Source of the DNA: an uncultured delta proteobacterium
GTDB lineage: Bacteria > Myxococcota_A > Polyangia > Polyangiales > Polyangiaceae
Direction: 5' to 3'
Length of the DNA stretch: 64,000 nt
NCBI GenBank assembly: GCA_963782055.1
Contig: CAWAIF010000003.1
Span: 480,001 to 544,000 of the forward strand
Below, in pieces: positions 44,162 to 57,273 of this stretch. How positions within the stretch are numbered: the first letter of the stretch is position 1; the number at the start of each line of letters is the position of its first letter. The notes under the pieces are model-generated. The model was not told the origin of the DNA. It worked only from the letters and a program-made list of their open reading frames with translations, and searched no databases. Position numbers and translations under genes: made by a program.

Positions 44162-44590
44162 ATGAGAGTCGCCGCCGTCATCGCCGCCGCCCTCCTCGCC
44201 GGCTGCTTCTACGACTTCGGCACGCCACCCTTGCCGAAGGGCGGCGGCGACGCAGGCGGCGGCGGGGACGGTGGCCCCGGCTACCAGTGCTCGGGCGCCA
44301 CCGCCGTGTGCAACGGCTCGTGCAACGACGGCTCGTGCGCGTTCGACTGCCCACCGGGCTCCACGTGCAACGCCTCGTGCAGCGGCGGCGGCTGCAGCTT
44401 CGTCTGCCCCGCGGGCTCGACGTGCAACGTCTCGTGCAGCGGCGGCGACTGCACCTTCGATTGCCACTCCGGATCGAAGTGCAACATCTCCTGCGCCGGC
44501 GGCGCGTGCAGCACCCAGTGCGACGGGAGCTGCGGGCCCATCAGCTGTCCACCCAGCGACTGCACCTGCGCCGGCCCCGGCTGCCAATGA
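44162..44590 (+). CDS. Small Cys/Gly-rich repeat lipoprotein
   Basis: Lipobox LLAG-C; 19-aa CxxGSxCNxSCxGGxCxxx repeats. Confidence 0.8.
   Translation: MRVAAVIAAALLAGCFYDFGTPPLPKGGGDAGGGGDGGPGYQCSGATAVCNGSCNDGSCAFDCPPGSTCNASCSGGGCSFVCPAGSTCNVSCSGGDCTFDCHSGSKCNISCAGGACSTQCDGSCGPISCPPSDCTCAGPGCQ
44348..44518 (+). repeat. 57-bp coding tandem repeat x3
   Basis: Units begin at 44348, 44405 and 44462. Confidence 0.85.
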
Positions 44591-45576
44591 GACGCACGAT
44601 CCTCCTCGCCCTGGTCCTCGGCGTGGGGATGCTCGACGCGGCCCCCTCCCTCGCCCAGGATCGCACCGCGGCGAGCGCGGCGTACGATCGCGGCACGCAG
44701 GCCTACCACCGCGGCGACTACGCGGAGGCCGCCGGCGACTACGCCCGCGCGGACGAGCTCGCCCCGAGCGCCGTCGCGCTGCAGGCCGCGCTGGACGCCG
44801 CGGTGAAGGCGGACGACCCGGTGCTCGGCGCCGAGCTCCTGGAGCGGGCGGAGAAGCGCGCGGCGCACGGCGCGCTCGCCGCATCCATCCGCAAGGCCCG
44901 GGCGAAGCTCGCGCACCGCGCGGGGAAGGTGCGCGTCACGTGCCCCGGGCCGTGCACCGCCACCCTCGACGGCGGCGCGGTGGAGCTGGACCACTCGCGC
45001 TGGGTCAAGCCCGGCGCGCACGTCATCGCCTTCACCGTCGACGGCCGAAGCGCGAACCGCGACGTCACCGTGCGCCCCGACGAGACGGCGGAGGTGTCTC
45101 CCCCCGATGCGCTGCTCGCGCCCCCGCCCGTCGCGACCGCGCCGCCGCCCGCCGCGTCGTCGGCGCCGCCCGTCACCATCGCGCCGCCGCCCGCCACCAC
45201 GTCGACCCCGCCCCCACCCGGTCCCGCGCCCACCGACCACGCCACCGCCGGCCTGTCGCCGGGCTGGTTCTGGGCGGGCCTCATCGTGACCGGCGTGTCG
45301 GCGGCGGGCGCCGTCGCAGCCCTCGCCGACGCGCAGTCGGTGCACGACCAGTTCGTGGCGAAGTCGTGCTCCAAGACCGCGTCGACCACGTGCACCAACC
45401 TCTCGCAGGAAGGCTGGGCCACCGAGATCGCCGGCGACGTGCTGGTGGGCGTGGGCGCCGTCGCGGCGTTGTGGACGGTCGTCGCCGGCGTCTGGCTCGT
45501 CCGCTGGCACGCGCCGAGTGTCGCGGTCACCGCGGGCCCACACGGGGCCGCGGTGCTCTGGTCGACGGCCTTTTGA
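44587..45576 (+). CDS. Exported TPR + PEGA-like protein with C-terminal hydrophobic segments
   Basis: Signal peptide ending SLA-Q; YDRGTQAYHRGDYAEA TPR; ATLDG...VKPGAHVI PEGA-like; Pro linker; two hydrophobic helices; ATGA overlap. Confidence 0.78.
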   Translation: MRRTILLALVLGVGMLDAAPSLAQDRTAASAAYDRGTQAYHRGDYAEAAGDYARADELAPSAVALQAALDAAVKADDPVLGAELLERAEKRAAHGALAASIRKARAKLAHRAGKVRVTCPGPCTATLDGGAVELDHSRWVKPGAHVIAFTVDGRSANRDVTVRPDETAEVSPPDALLAPPPVATAPPPAASSAPPVTIAPPPATTSTPPPPGPAPTDHATAGLSPGWFWAGLIVTGVSAAGAVAALADAQSVHDQFVAKSCSKTASTTCTNLSQEGWATEIAGDVLVGVGAVAALWTVVAGVWLVRWHAPSVAVTAGPHGAAVLWSTAF

Positions 45577-45591
45577 TATAGTCGACGGCCG

Positions 45592-47061
45592 ATGGGCAGC
45601 GCTCCGGATGGCGCGTCCCGCTACGAGGTGCTCTTCAAGCTCGCCGCGGGGGGCATGGCTACGGTCTACGTGGGCACCGCTCGCGGCGCGATGGGCTTCC
45701 GTCAGATCGTCGCCATCAAGCGCCCTCACCCGCACCTGCTCGACGACCCGGGCTACCGCCGCGAGCTCGTCGCCGAGGCGCGCCTCGCGTCGCTGATCCA
45801 TCACGTGAACGTCGTGGACGTGCGCGACGTGGAGGCGACCGACACCACGCTGCAGCTCGTGATGGACTACATCGAGGGCGCGTCCTTCGGCGAGCTCATC
45901 GTCGCCGCCAGCAAGGCGGGGCGGCGGCTGCCTCCCGGCGCGGTGGTGCGCATCGCCCTCGACGCGTGCGCCGGCCTGCACGCCGCCCACGAGCTCATCG
46001 ACGAGAAGGGGCGGGCGGTCGGTCTCGTCCACCGCGACATCTCCCCGCAGAACATCCTGGTCGGGCTGGACGGCACCGCGCGCGTCTCCGACTTCGGGGT
46101 GGCGAAGGCGACCGCCGCCTCCGCCACGACCAGCGGCGCCCTGAAGGGCAAGCTCGCGTACATGGCGCCGGAGTACCTGCAGGGCCAGCGCATCGACCGC
46201 CGCGCCGACGTCTTCGCGATGGGCGTCGTCGTGTGGGAGGCGCTGACGGGCAAGCGCCTCTTCCGCGGCGCGAGCGAGGCGGACACCATCCACCGCGTGC
46301 TCTTCGTCGACCCGAAGCCTGTCTCGGCGGAGGCGCCGGAGCTCGGCACGCACTTCGACGCGGCGCTCGCCACCGCCCTCGCCAAGAAGCCGGAGGAGCG
46401 CTTCGCGACGGCGCGCGCCTTCGCCGCGGCGCTGGAGGCGAGCGCGCAAGGAGCCGGCACGCTCGCCAGCCACCCCGACGTCGCGGCCGTCGTGCTCGAC
46501 CTCGCAGGCGTGGCGCTGGAGGCACGCCGCGCGGAGATCCGCGGGCGGCTCTCGCAGGAGCCGGGCCTGCTCAGCATCATGGGCGCCGACCCGCCCAGCT
46601 TGCCCACGCGCGATCTCGGCGCCGCCACCGTCCCCGACGCGCGGCCGGTGCAGCTGCCGCCGCTCGCGCTCTACGGCAGCACCGAGCCCACCGTCTCGGA
46701 GGTGTCCGCCGCGACGCAGGAGCCGCTCTCGCCCGCGGGTGTTCCTCCGGCGCGCTCCGCCCTGCGCCGCGTCGCCGGCGTGGCCGCCGTGGTCGGCGTG
46801 CTGGCCGGGGGCGCGGGGCTCCTCGCGATGCGCGCGGCGAGTCGACCGCCGGAGCGTGCCGCGCCGGCGTCGGACGTCTCCATCGCGCCGCCCGTGCGGA
46901 GCCAGGCCGCCTCGGCCGCGCCCGTGCCGTCGTCGGAGCTGGACGCCGCACCCCCGCCGCTCGCGCCGCTCTCCTCGACGGCCGCGCCGCCGGCGGCGCA
47001 CGCGCCCGCGGCGCATCACGTCAAACCGCCCAGCGGACCTCCGCCCAACCCCTACCGCTGA
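45592..47061 (+). CDS. Membrane-anchored Hanks-type Ser/Thr kinase
   Basis: LAAGGMATV, VAIK, HRDISPQN, DFG, KGKLAYMAPE; TM and Pro-rich tail. Confidence 0.95.
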   Translation: MGSAPDGASRYEVLFKLAAGGMATVYVGTARGAMGFRQIVAIKRPHPHLLDDPGYRRELVAEARLASLIHHVNVVDVRDVEATDTTLQLVMDYIEGASFGELIVAASKAGRRLPPGAVVRIALDACAGLHAAHELIDEKGRAVGLVHRDISPQNILVGLDGTARVSDFGVAKATAASATTSGALKGKLAYMAPEYLQGQRIDRRADVFAMGVVVWEALTGKRLFRGASEADTIHRVLFVDPKPVSAEAPELGTHFDAALATALAKKPEERFATARAFAAALEASAQGAGTLASHPDVAAVVLDLAGVALEARRAEIRGRLSQEPGLLSIMGADPPSLPTRDLGAATVPDARPVQLPPLALYGSTEPTVSEVSAATQEPLSPAGVPPARSALRRVAGVAAVVGVLAGGAGLLAMRAASRPPERAAPASDVSIAPPVRSQAASAAPVPSSELDAAPPPLAPLSSTAAPPAAHAPAAHHVKPPSGPPPNPYR

Positions 47062-47083
47062 CAAGCGCTATCATCGCCGGACG

Positions 47084-48424
47084 ATGTCCTTCCGTCTGGA
47101 CGAGACCGAGCGCGCTCAGCCCAGGCCCGTCTTCGTCAAGGTCCCGCAGGTGACGCTCGTGGTGGTCGAGGGTCCCTCGCGCGGCCGCTCCGCCCGCGTG
47201 ACCGGCAGCACGCTGCGCATCGGGTCGTCGGAGGCATGCGGTCTGCACATCGAGGACCGCCGCGTCTCGCGCGTGCACTGCGAGGTGGCCGTCTCCGCCG
47301 ATGCCGTGGGCGTGCGCGATCTCGGCAGCACCAACGGCACCTTCGTCAACGGCGTGCGCGTGCGCGACGCGGACCTCGCCGCCGGGAGCGTCCTGCGCGT
47401 CGGCGACTCGTCGGTGCGCGTCGATGTCGACCCCGCTCCCGCCAGCGTGCCCATCTCCCCGCACGACTCCTTCGGCGAGCTGCTCGGCTCCAGCGTCGCG
47501 ATGCGCATGCTCTACGCCGTGCTGGAGCGCGCCGCGCCGACCGACACCACCGTGCTGTTGCTCGGGGAGACGGGGACCGGCAAGGATGTCGCTGCGCGCA
47601 GCATCCACGCCGCCTCCGCGCGCAAGGACGGGCCGCTGGTGCCGGTGGATTGCGGCGCCATCCCGGAGAACCTCATCGAGAGCGAGCTCTTCGGCCACGT
47701 GCGCGGGGCGTTCACCGGCGCGGTCGCCAGCCGCAAGGGCGCCTTCGAGGAGGCGTCGGGCGGCACCCTCTTCCTGGACGAGATCGGCGAGATGCCGGTC
47801 TCCCTCCAGCCGAAGCTGCTTCGCGCCATCGAGACGCGCACCATCCGGCGCGTGGGCGAGACGACGCCGCGGCCCATCGACGTGCGCATCGTCGCGGCGA
47901 CCAACCGACCCCTCGCGCGCGCGGTGAACGAGGGCACCTTCCGCGAGGACCTCTACTACCGCCTCGCGGTGATCGAGGCGACGCTGCCGCCGCTGCGCGC
48001 GCGCCGCGAGGACGTGCCCGCGCTCGCCGCCGCCTTCCACCGCCGCCTGGCGGGGGCGGACGCCACGCTCCCCGCGGCATACCTCGCCTCGCTCGCGGCG
48101 AAGGCCTGGCCGGGCAACGTCCGCGAGCTGCGCAACGCCATCGAGCGCGACGTCACCCTCGGCGCGACCGGCGCGCCCGGCGAGCCGGCCCTGCAGGAGC
48201 CGCTGCCCGCCGGCGTCGCCTCGCTGGTGCCGCTGCACCTGCCACTGAAGGACGCGCGCGCGGCGTGGAATCGTGCGTTCGAGAGCATCTACGCGCGGGC
48301 CATGCTGGACAAGACCGGGGGCAACCTCACGCGCGCCGCGGAGCTCGCGGGCGTGAGCCGGCGCTTCATGCAGCGCATGCTCGCGCGTCTCGGCATGAGC
48401 CGCGACGACGGCGCCGACGAGTGA
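47084..48424 (+). CDS. FHA-domain sigma54-dependent activator
   Basis: VSRVH and [36 protein letters not shown]. Confidence 0.95.
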   Translation: MSFRLDETERAQPRPVFVKVPQVTLVVVEGPSRGRSARVTGSTLRIGSSEACGLHIEDRRVSRVHCEVAVSADAVGVRDLGSTNGTFVNGVRVRDADLAAGSVLRVGDSSVRVDVDPAPASVPISPHDSFGELLGSSVAMRMLYAVLERAAPTDTTVLLLGETGTGKDVAARSIHAASARKDGPLVPVDCGAIPENLIESELFGHVRGAFTGAVASRKGAFEEASGGTLFLDEIGEMPVSLQPKLLRAIETRTIRRVGETTPRPIDVRIVAATNRPLARAVNEGTFREDLYYRLAVIEATLPPLRARREDVPALAAAFHRRLAGADATLPAAYLASLAAKAWPGNVRELRNAIERDVTLGATGAPGEPALQEPLPAGVASLVPLHLPLKDARAAWNRAFESIYARAMLDKTGGNLTRAAELAGVSRRFMQRMLARLGMSRDDGADE

Positions 48425-48479
48425 CGCCCTCGCGCAAGCCCGACGCGCGGCAGAGGACCTGCGCAGGGGAGGGGCCCGC

Positions 48480-50480
<2,001 letters not shown>

Positions 50481-50710
50481 GAATCCTCGGCCAGACGGAA
50501 CGCGAACGTGACGAGCGCGTTTCGCCCGTGTCGATCGAAACCTCTAAACGGTAAACTGCGGACCTTGCCCGGTCAATCGAGCGCGCCCCTCCAGACGATG
50601 TGGTGCAAGGTGGGCGGCGCCCGCCGGCCAGGCACGGACGAGCCGGCCTTCAGGGGGCGGCGGCGTTTGGACCGGCGCCCGGCGCCCTGCCTTTGCTACA
50701 ACTGCTGGCG

Positions 50711-51985
50711 TTGCGCCTCCTCGCCCTCGCCGCCGTGCTCCTGCTCCCGGCCACCGCGGTCGCGGCCGGGCCGAGCCCGGTCCTCAAGGGGCCCTGGCTC
50801 ACCGAGCTGGGCGCGCACGGGGTGTCCATCCGCGCGGAGGTGGACCCGCCCGCGCCCGTGAGCGTCGTCATCGACTCGGCGACGCCCCCGCGCGAGCTGC
50901 GCGACGACCAGACCAGGGCCATCCACGTGGTGCGGGTGGACGGGCTGGAGCCGCACACCCGCTACCGCTACAGCCTGCACGTCGGCGGCGCGCAGATCGC
51001 CGGCAGCTTCACCACCGCGCCGCCCGACGACGACCCCGCGCCGATCCGGTTCATCATCTACGGCGACGACCGCTCTGACGTGCTCGCGCACGCGTCGGTG
51101 GTGCGCGCCATCTCCGACGAGCCCTCCGACTTCCTGATCAACACGGGCGACATGGTCGGCGACGGGGCGAGCGGCTCGCAGTGGCAGACCTTCTTCGAGG
51201 TCGAGGGCCCGCTTCTGCGCGACCGCTGCCTCTTCCCTGCCATCGGCAACCATGAGCTGGAGGACGGGACCATGTTCCCCTCCTTCTTCGGCCCCTCCTA
51301 CGCGGAGGGCTTCGACTACACCTTCCGCTGGGGGCGGGCGCGCTTCTTCTTCGTCAACGGCGAGGGCAGCTTCACCGGGAAGCAGCGCGACTGGCTGGAC
51401 CGCGTGCTCACCAAGGCCGACGCCGAGCCGGGCCTCGTCTGGCGGGTGTTCGTCATCCACGACGGCCCGTACGCGTCGGGCATCCACGGTGACAACCCCG
51501 CCGTGCACGCCGGCGACATCCCGGAGATGCTCGCACGGCATCACGTGGACTTCGTCCTGGAGGGGCACGATCACCTCTACGAGCGCGGCGCGGCAGACGG
51601 CCTGCGCTACGTCGCGAGCGGCGGCGGCGGCGCCCCCCTCTACCCCGTCGTGCATCGCCGGGCCACCACGCGCAAGGTGGAGTCCACCCACCACTTCGTG
51701 CTGTTCGAGCTGGGGAAGGACTCCGGCACGCTGACGGCCAAGCGCGTCGACGGGAGCGTCATCGAGCAGGTGGGCTTCAAGAAGACGAACCTCTGGGACG
51801 ACGATCCGGCGCCGCCCGCCCCGCCGCCGTCCGGCCCCGCCGTCGGCAGGGCGCCTCCCGCGCCGCCGCAGCCGCTCGGGTGGACGGCGAGCCAGACGAC
51901 ACACACGCTGCGCAACGTCGTGATCGTGCTGGGCGCGCTCGCCGCGGTGGCGTGGGGCGTGCGCCGCATGCGACGAGAGAGTTGA
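50711..51985 (+). CDS. Exported metallophosphoesterase (purple-acid-phosphatase-like) with C-terminal TM
   Basis: FN3-like N-domain (GLEPHTRYRY); YGD, TGD, GNHE, GHDHLYER. Confidence 0.9.
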   Translation: MRLLALAAVLLLPATAVAAGPSPVLKGPWLTELGAHGVSIRAEVDPPAPVSVVIDSATPPRELRDDQTRAIHVVRVDGLEPHTRYRYSLHVGGAQIAGSFTTAPPDDDPAPIRFIIYGDDRSDVLAHASVVRAISDEPSDFLINTGDMVGDGASGSQWQTFFEVEGPLLRDRCLFPAIGNHELEDGTMFPSFFGPSYAEGFDYTFRWGRARFFFVNGEGSFTGKQRDWLDRVLTKADAEPGLVWRVFVIHDGPYASGIHGDNPAVHAGDIPEMLARHHVDFVLEGHDHLYERGAADGLRYVASGGGGAPLYPVVHRRATTRKVESTHHFVLFELGKDSGTLTAKRVDGSVIEQVGFKKTNLWDDDPAPPAPPPSGPAVGRAPPAPPQPLGWTASQTTHTLRNVVIVLGALAAVAWGVRRMRRES

Positions 51986-52019
51986 TCCGCCGCCCGCGGC
52001 GCCTGTACCCTCCGTGGCG

Positions 52020-52445
52020 ATGCGCTCGCTCTTCGTCGTCCTCGCCCTCGTGGGCGCCGCCGGCTGCGCCACCTACAGCGACGAGCTGGGCCGCGGCCAG
52101 GCCGCCTTCGAGAAGAACGACTACGAGCGCGCGCTGGCGATGTTCCGCGCGCTGGAGCCCGACCAGTCGCACTTCTCCACGCAGGAGCGCGCGCACTACG
52201 CGTACCTGCGCGGCATGACGGACTACCGCATCGGCTACAAGTCGGACGCGCGCCACTGGCTGATGATCAGCACGGCCATCGACGAGCAGAACCCGGGCTC
52301 GCTCCCCTCCGACTGGAAGAAGCGCGACAAGGACACGCTCAAGGACCTGAACGACGACGTCTTCGGCGGGACGGGGCTCACCAACAAGCGGGTGACCGAC
52401 ACCGACATGCCGAAGCACTCGTCGTCTTCGTCCGGCGACGAATGA
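52020..52445 (+). CDS. Small TPR-like lipoprotein
   Basis: Lipobox AAG-C; GQAAFEKNDYERAL and YLRGMTDYRIG helices. Confidence 0.75.
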   Translation: MRSLFVVLALVGAAGCATYSDELGRGQAAFEKNDYERALAMFRALEPDQSHFSTQERAHYAYLRGMTDYRIGYKSDARHWLMISTAIDEQNPGSLPSDWKKRDKDTLKDLNDDVFGGTGLTNKRVTDTDMPKHSSSSSGDE

Positions 52446-52458
52446 CCCCGGACGCGCG

Positions 52459-52644
52459 CTAGTTGCGCGAGCGAGTCATGGCGTAGAGACGGTCCTTCAT
52501 GGCGAGCTTCTCGCGCTTGAGGCGTGTGGCGAGCTGCCGCTCCACCTCGCTCATCCGCGCCCCGCGACGCTCCAGCCTCTTGATGCGCAAGTCCAGCACA
52601 CGGTGCTGCGTCTCCAGGCCCTCGATCGACGTGCCTTCGCGCAT
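52459..52644 (-). CDS. Small coiled-coil protein, DUF465/YdcH-like
   Basis: LETQHRVLDLRI...LKREKLAMKDRL pattern. Confidence 0.7.
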   Translation of the reverse strand: MREGTSIEGLETQHRVLDLRIKRLERRGARMSEVERQLATRLKREKLAMKDRLYAMTRSRN

Positions 52645-52819
52645 TTTCCGACCCTTTCCCGGGGCGCTCGCCCCGACACGGCAGAACCCGCATCCAGATG
52701 GAAGTCGAGGGCGGCCCGAAGCCGCCGTCAATGGACGCGATGCCCGATTCTTGATGTCCTGGCTCGAAAAACCGCCGGGGCGTGGGAACATTCCAGGGCT
52801 GGTGAACTCGATCCTCTCG

Positions 52820-54097
52820 ATGCGCGCTCTTCTGCTCCTGCTGCCCCTGGGCCTGGTGGCCTGCGCGGGCGCCGCACCCCCGCCTGCGGCCGCGCCGTTG
52901 GCCGCGCCGACACACGTCGTGGTGGACCAGCAGATCATCACTCCGACCCAGGACGCCAGCGCGCGCGAGCTGCTCGCCCGCGGCGAGCGAGCGCTGCTGG
53001 ACGGCGACTACGAGGAGGCGCGACGCGCGCTGGACACCCTGCTCGCCGCCGGGCCCTCTCCGGCGATGAAGCCGCTGGTCCTGTTCGAGCTCGGCGCAGC
53101 GTACGAGGGGCTCGGCCAGCGCGAGCGCGCGCGCGACCTCTATCACGAGGTGGCCGACGAGTTTCCCCATTCCCCGCAGGCGCGCGCCGCGCTGGAGCGC
53201 GCCGTCTGGGTCCACGCTTACCTCGAGGAGTGGGACAAGCTCGGCGTCACAGGCGAGGCGCTGCTCGCGCGCCCCGACGCCAAGCCCATCGATCGCATGA
53301 CCGCCTACGGCGCGCGCGCTCTCTCTCGCATCGAGGCGGGCGACGACGATCACGCCATGCGCGACGTCCAGTCCGGGCTCGATATCGTGGAGGCGCTGCA
53401 CTTCGGCACCGCCGGTCGGCTCCCGCCGCCGGTGGCCATGCTCCGCTTCGCGCTGGCGGAGATCCGCCGCGTCCGCTCGGAGCGCATCACCTTGCAGCCG
53501 GTGACCGACGACTTCGTGGCGCGCCTCTCCGCTCGCTGCCAGCTCCTGCTCGACGCGCAGAGCGCCTACGCCGACGCGATGCGCTCGGAGGACACGCACT
53601 GGACGACGATGAGCGGCTACCGCGTGGGCGCGATGTACCGGCAGCTCCACGCCGAGCTGATGGCCATCCCCTCCGACGGCCGCGCCAAGAACGACAGCGA
53701 CCGGCAGGTGTTCTACGCGATCATGCACGTGCGCTACCGCGCGCTGCTGGACAAGGGCATCGAGATGCTGCGGCGCACGCTGGCCACGGCGGACAGGACT
53801 CACGACGACTCGGCCTGGGTCGCGCGGTGCAAGGAGGCCAAGGCGGAGATGGAGAAGTCGCTGGAGGAGGAGAAGGCGACCATGGCCCGGTTCCCCTTCA
53901 ACGAGGCGACCACCCAGCGCGCGCTCGAGATCATGGAGCAGCACTACAAGGAGAAGCAGGCGAAGGCTGCTGGACATCACGCGGCTGCGGCCGGCAAGGC
54001 GACCAGGGCGAAGGGCACGGGCCACGACAGGCACGCGGCGGGTGGGGAAGAGGTCGTGACCCACCCCAAGCACGCCGCCAGCTCGTCCGGTCCCTGA
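52820..54097 (+). CDS. TPR-containing lipoprotein
   Basis: Lipobox LVA-C; TPR motifs (LFELGAAYEGLG...EFPHSPQA). Confidence 0.8.
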   Translation: MRALLLLLPLGLVACAGAAPPPAAAPLAAPTHVVVDQQIITPTQDASARELLARGERALLDGDYEEARRALDTLLAAGPSPAMKPLVLFELGAAYEGLGQRERARDLYHEVADEFPHSPQARAALERAVWVHAYLEEWDKLGVTGEALLARPDAKPIDRMTAYGARALSRIEAGDDDHAMRDVQSGLDIVEALHFGTAGRLPPPVAMLRFALAEIRRVRSERITLQPVTDDFVARLSARCQLLLDAQSAYADAMRSEDTHWTTMSGYRVGAMYRQLHAELMAIPSDGRAKNDSDRQVFYAIMHVRYRALLDKGIEMLRRTLATADRTHDDSAWVARCKEAKAEMEKSLEEEKATMARFPFNEATTQRALEIMEQHYKEKQAKAAGHHAAAAGKATRAKGTGHDRHAAGGEEVVTHPKHAASSSGP

Positions 54098-54217
54098 GCC
54101 GGTCGGGGCTGGCGGCCGAGACCCCTCCCCCACGCACGGAGGCACGGCGCCGGACCGCGAGCGTGCTAACGATGGCCGTCGGGAGGCAGAAAGTGGCGGG
54201 CTGCCCCGTCCGTCATC

Positions 54218-54246
54218 TTGCGGGCGCTGGCGGAGTAGGCTAGCTT
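54218..54246 (+). promoter_or_regulatory. Putative sigma70-type promoter for the tRNA cluster
   Basis: TTGCGG-N17-TAGCTT followed by a GC-rich discriminator. Confidence 0.55.
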
Positions 54247-54303
54247 CCGCGCCCCCCAAGGCCCGCGGTCGCTCTCCGACCGCTTGGACGAGGAGGTTTT
54301 CGC

Positions 54304-54375
54304 GCTGGCGTAGCTCAATGGCAGAGCACCTGTTTTGTAAACAGGTGGTTAGGGGTTCAAGTCCCCTCGCCAGCT
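54304..54375 (+). tRNA. tRNA-Thr(TGT)
   Basis: Cloverleaf: GCTGGCG/CGCCAGC acceptor stem, CCTGT-ttTGTaa-ACAGG anticodon arm, TTCAAGT T-loop. Confidence 0.95.
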
Positions 54376-54407
54376 CCGCCACGCGAGGTTCGAGTTTCAA
54401 GCATTCC

Positions 54408-54489
54408 GGAGGGTTGCCCGAGCGGCCAAAGGGAGCAGACTGTAAATCTGCCGGCTATGCCTTCGGTGGTTCGAATCCACCACCCTCCA
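54408..54489 (+). tRNA. tRNA-Tyr(GTA)
   Basis: GGAGGGT/ACCCTCC acceptor stem, GCAGA-ctGTAaa-TCTGC, long variable arm. Confidence 0.95.
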
Positions 54490-54511
54490 CCCTGCTTTCC
54501 TTCGTATTTTT

Positions 54512-54705
<194 letters not shown>

Positions 54706-54867
54706 TTCCCAAGGTTCATGCTCCGGGGGGATCGTTGGCAGGCGAACGAGGGGGCCGACCAGTCGGTCTGTCCGGGAACCGGGGGGTGCAGCGTCCCTGT
54801 TTTCTGGCGCCGCGGTGGCGCGGAAAGACCTGAACAGGTGTCCCGCCGGTTTTGGCTTCCGTTTTGC

Positions 54868-54896
54868 TTGCGCGCCCCATGAGCGTGCGCTAGCTT
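54868..54896 (+). promoter_or_regulatory. Putative sigma70-type promoter for tRNA-Thr(GGT)-tuf
   Basis: TTGCGC-N17-TAGCTT plus GC-rich discriminator, closely resembling the element at 54218. Confidence 0.55.
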
Positions 54897-54961
54897 GCGC
54901 GCCCCAAACTTCGGAGGGGACGTGTGCACTGCGCTCGCCCCCTCACTACCCCTTTCCACTC

Positions 54962-55033
<72 letters not shown>

Positions 55034-55076
55034 CGGCTCTTTCCAGAGCGCGTCAGCCACCGTCCAGGAGATCGCA

Positions 55077-56267
<1,191 letters not shown>

Positions 56268-56276
56268 TCCCGCAGC

Positions 56277-56307
56277 GCCCGCCTTCCTCGTCCCGGGGGA
56301 GGCGGGC
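56277..56307 (+). other. Stem-loop after tuf
   Basis: GCCCGCCT...AGGCGGGC inverted repeat with no U-tract. Confidence 0.4.
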
Positions 56308-56322
56308 CCGAAAGCCGCACGT

Positions 56323-56475
56323 ATGAGCCAGAGGGTGAGTGTTTCGCTCGTTTGCTCCGAATGCCAGGGCCGCAACTACAAGACGACCCGACGCACCGAC
56401 AAGAAAGGCCAGCTGGAGCTGCGGAAATTCTGTCCGCACTGCAACAAGCACACCGTGCACAAGGAAGCGAAATAG
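56323..56475 (+). CDS. rpmG: 50S ribosomal protein L33 (zinc-ribbon form; absent from the ORF track)
   Basis: Manual translation: MSQRVSVSLVCSECQGRNYKTTRRTDKKGQLELRKFCPHCNKHTVHKEAK. Confidence 0.95.
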   Translation: MSQRVSVSLVCSECQGRNYKTTRRTDKKGQLELRKFCPHCNKHTVHKEAK

Positions 56476-56481
56476 CCACCT

Positions 56482-56554
56482 AGGGGTTTAGCTCAGTCGG
56501 TAGAGCAGCGGATTCCAAATCCGCAGGTCGTGGGTTCGAGTCCCTCAGCCCCTG
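56482..56554 (+). tRNA. tRNA-Trp(CCA)
   Basis: AGGGGTT/AGCCCCT acceptor stem, GCGGA-ttCCAaa-TCCGC; conserved position before secE. Confidence 0.93.
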
Positions 56555-56569
56555 CGAAAAGAGAAGTCA

Positions 56570-57208
56570 ATGGCCACGGACGAAGAGCTGAAGAAGGATC
56601 CCGAAGAAGAGTCCGGCGACGATGATGCCGAGGCGGAGGCGGACGACCAGGCCGAGGCGGAAGCCGAAGCCGCTCCGGACGCCGAGGCCGAGGCCGGCGC
56701 CGAGAAGGAAGAACAGGAGGACGAGGGCAGCAAGCTGGAGAAGACCGGGCAGGACGAGGAAGAGGAAGAGGAAGACGACGAAGACGACGAGGACGTGGCC
56801 ACGCCGGCGCAGCTCGGCTTTCGCCGCTACGTCTACGCGGCGTACCTCGCCGCGGCCGTCACCACCGCCTTCCTGCTGACCAAGGCGCTCGACTACGCGT
56901 GGTTCAAGCTTGCCACGTGGAAGCCGGAGTGGTTCGGCACCATCGGCGTCGAGCCGCGTGACGAGATCCTCGTCCCGCTGTGCGCCGCCATCGGCATCTT
57001 CCTGGCCATCTACTACTGGCGCAAGACGAAGGTTCGCACGCTGATCGAGGAGGTCGCCGAGGAGCTGACCAAGGTCACCTGGCCCACCCGCCAAGAGGTC
57101 ACCAGCTCCACCACGGTCGTCATCATCGCCACGGCGTTCTCCACCGCCTTCTTCGCGCTGATGGACCAGTTCTGGCTCTGGCTCACCAAGCACGTGTACG
57201 GGTCGTGA
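56570..57208 (+). CDS. secE: Preprotein translocase SecE with long acidic N-terminal extension
   Basis: EVAEELTKVTWPTRQE...TTVVI motif; three TMs; lies between tRNA-Trp and nusG. Confidence 0.92.
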   Translation: MATDEELKKDPEEESGDDDAEAEADDQAEAEAEAAPDAEAEAGAEKEEQEDEGSKLEKTGQDEEEEEEDDEDDEDVATPAQLGFRRYVYAAYLAAAVTTAFLLTKALDYAWFKLATWKPEWFGTIGVEPRDEILVPLCAAIGIFLAIYYWRKTKVRTLIEEVAEELTKVTWPTRQEVTSSTTVVIIATAFSTAFFALMDQFWLWLTKHVYGS

Positions 57209-57273
57209 GCTCAATTCCGGCGCGCGGCCTGCCCACGCGCGCCTCACACGCATCAGGGGTTTTCGGGGTCGTC

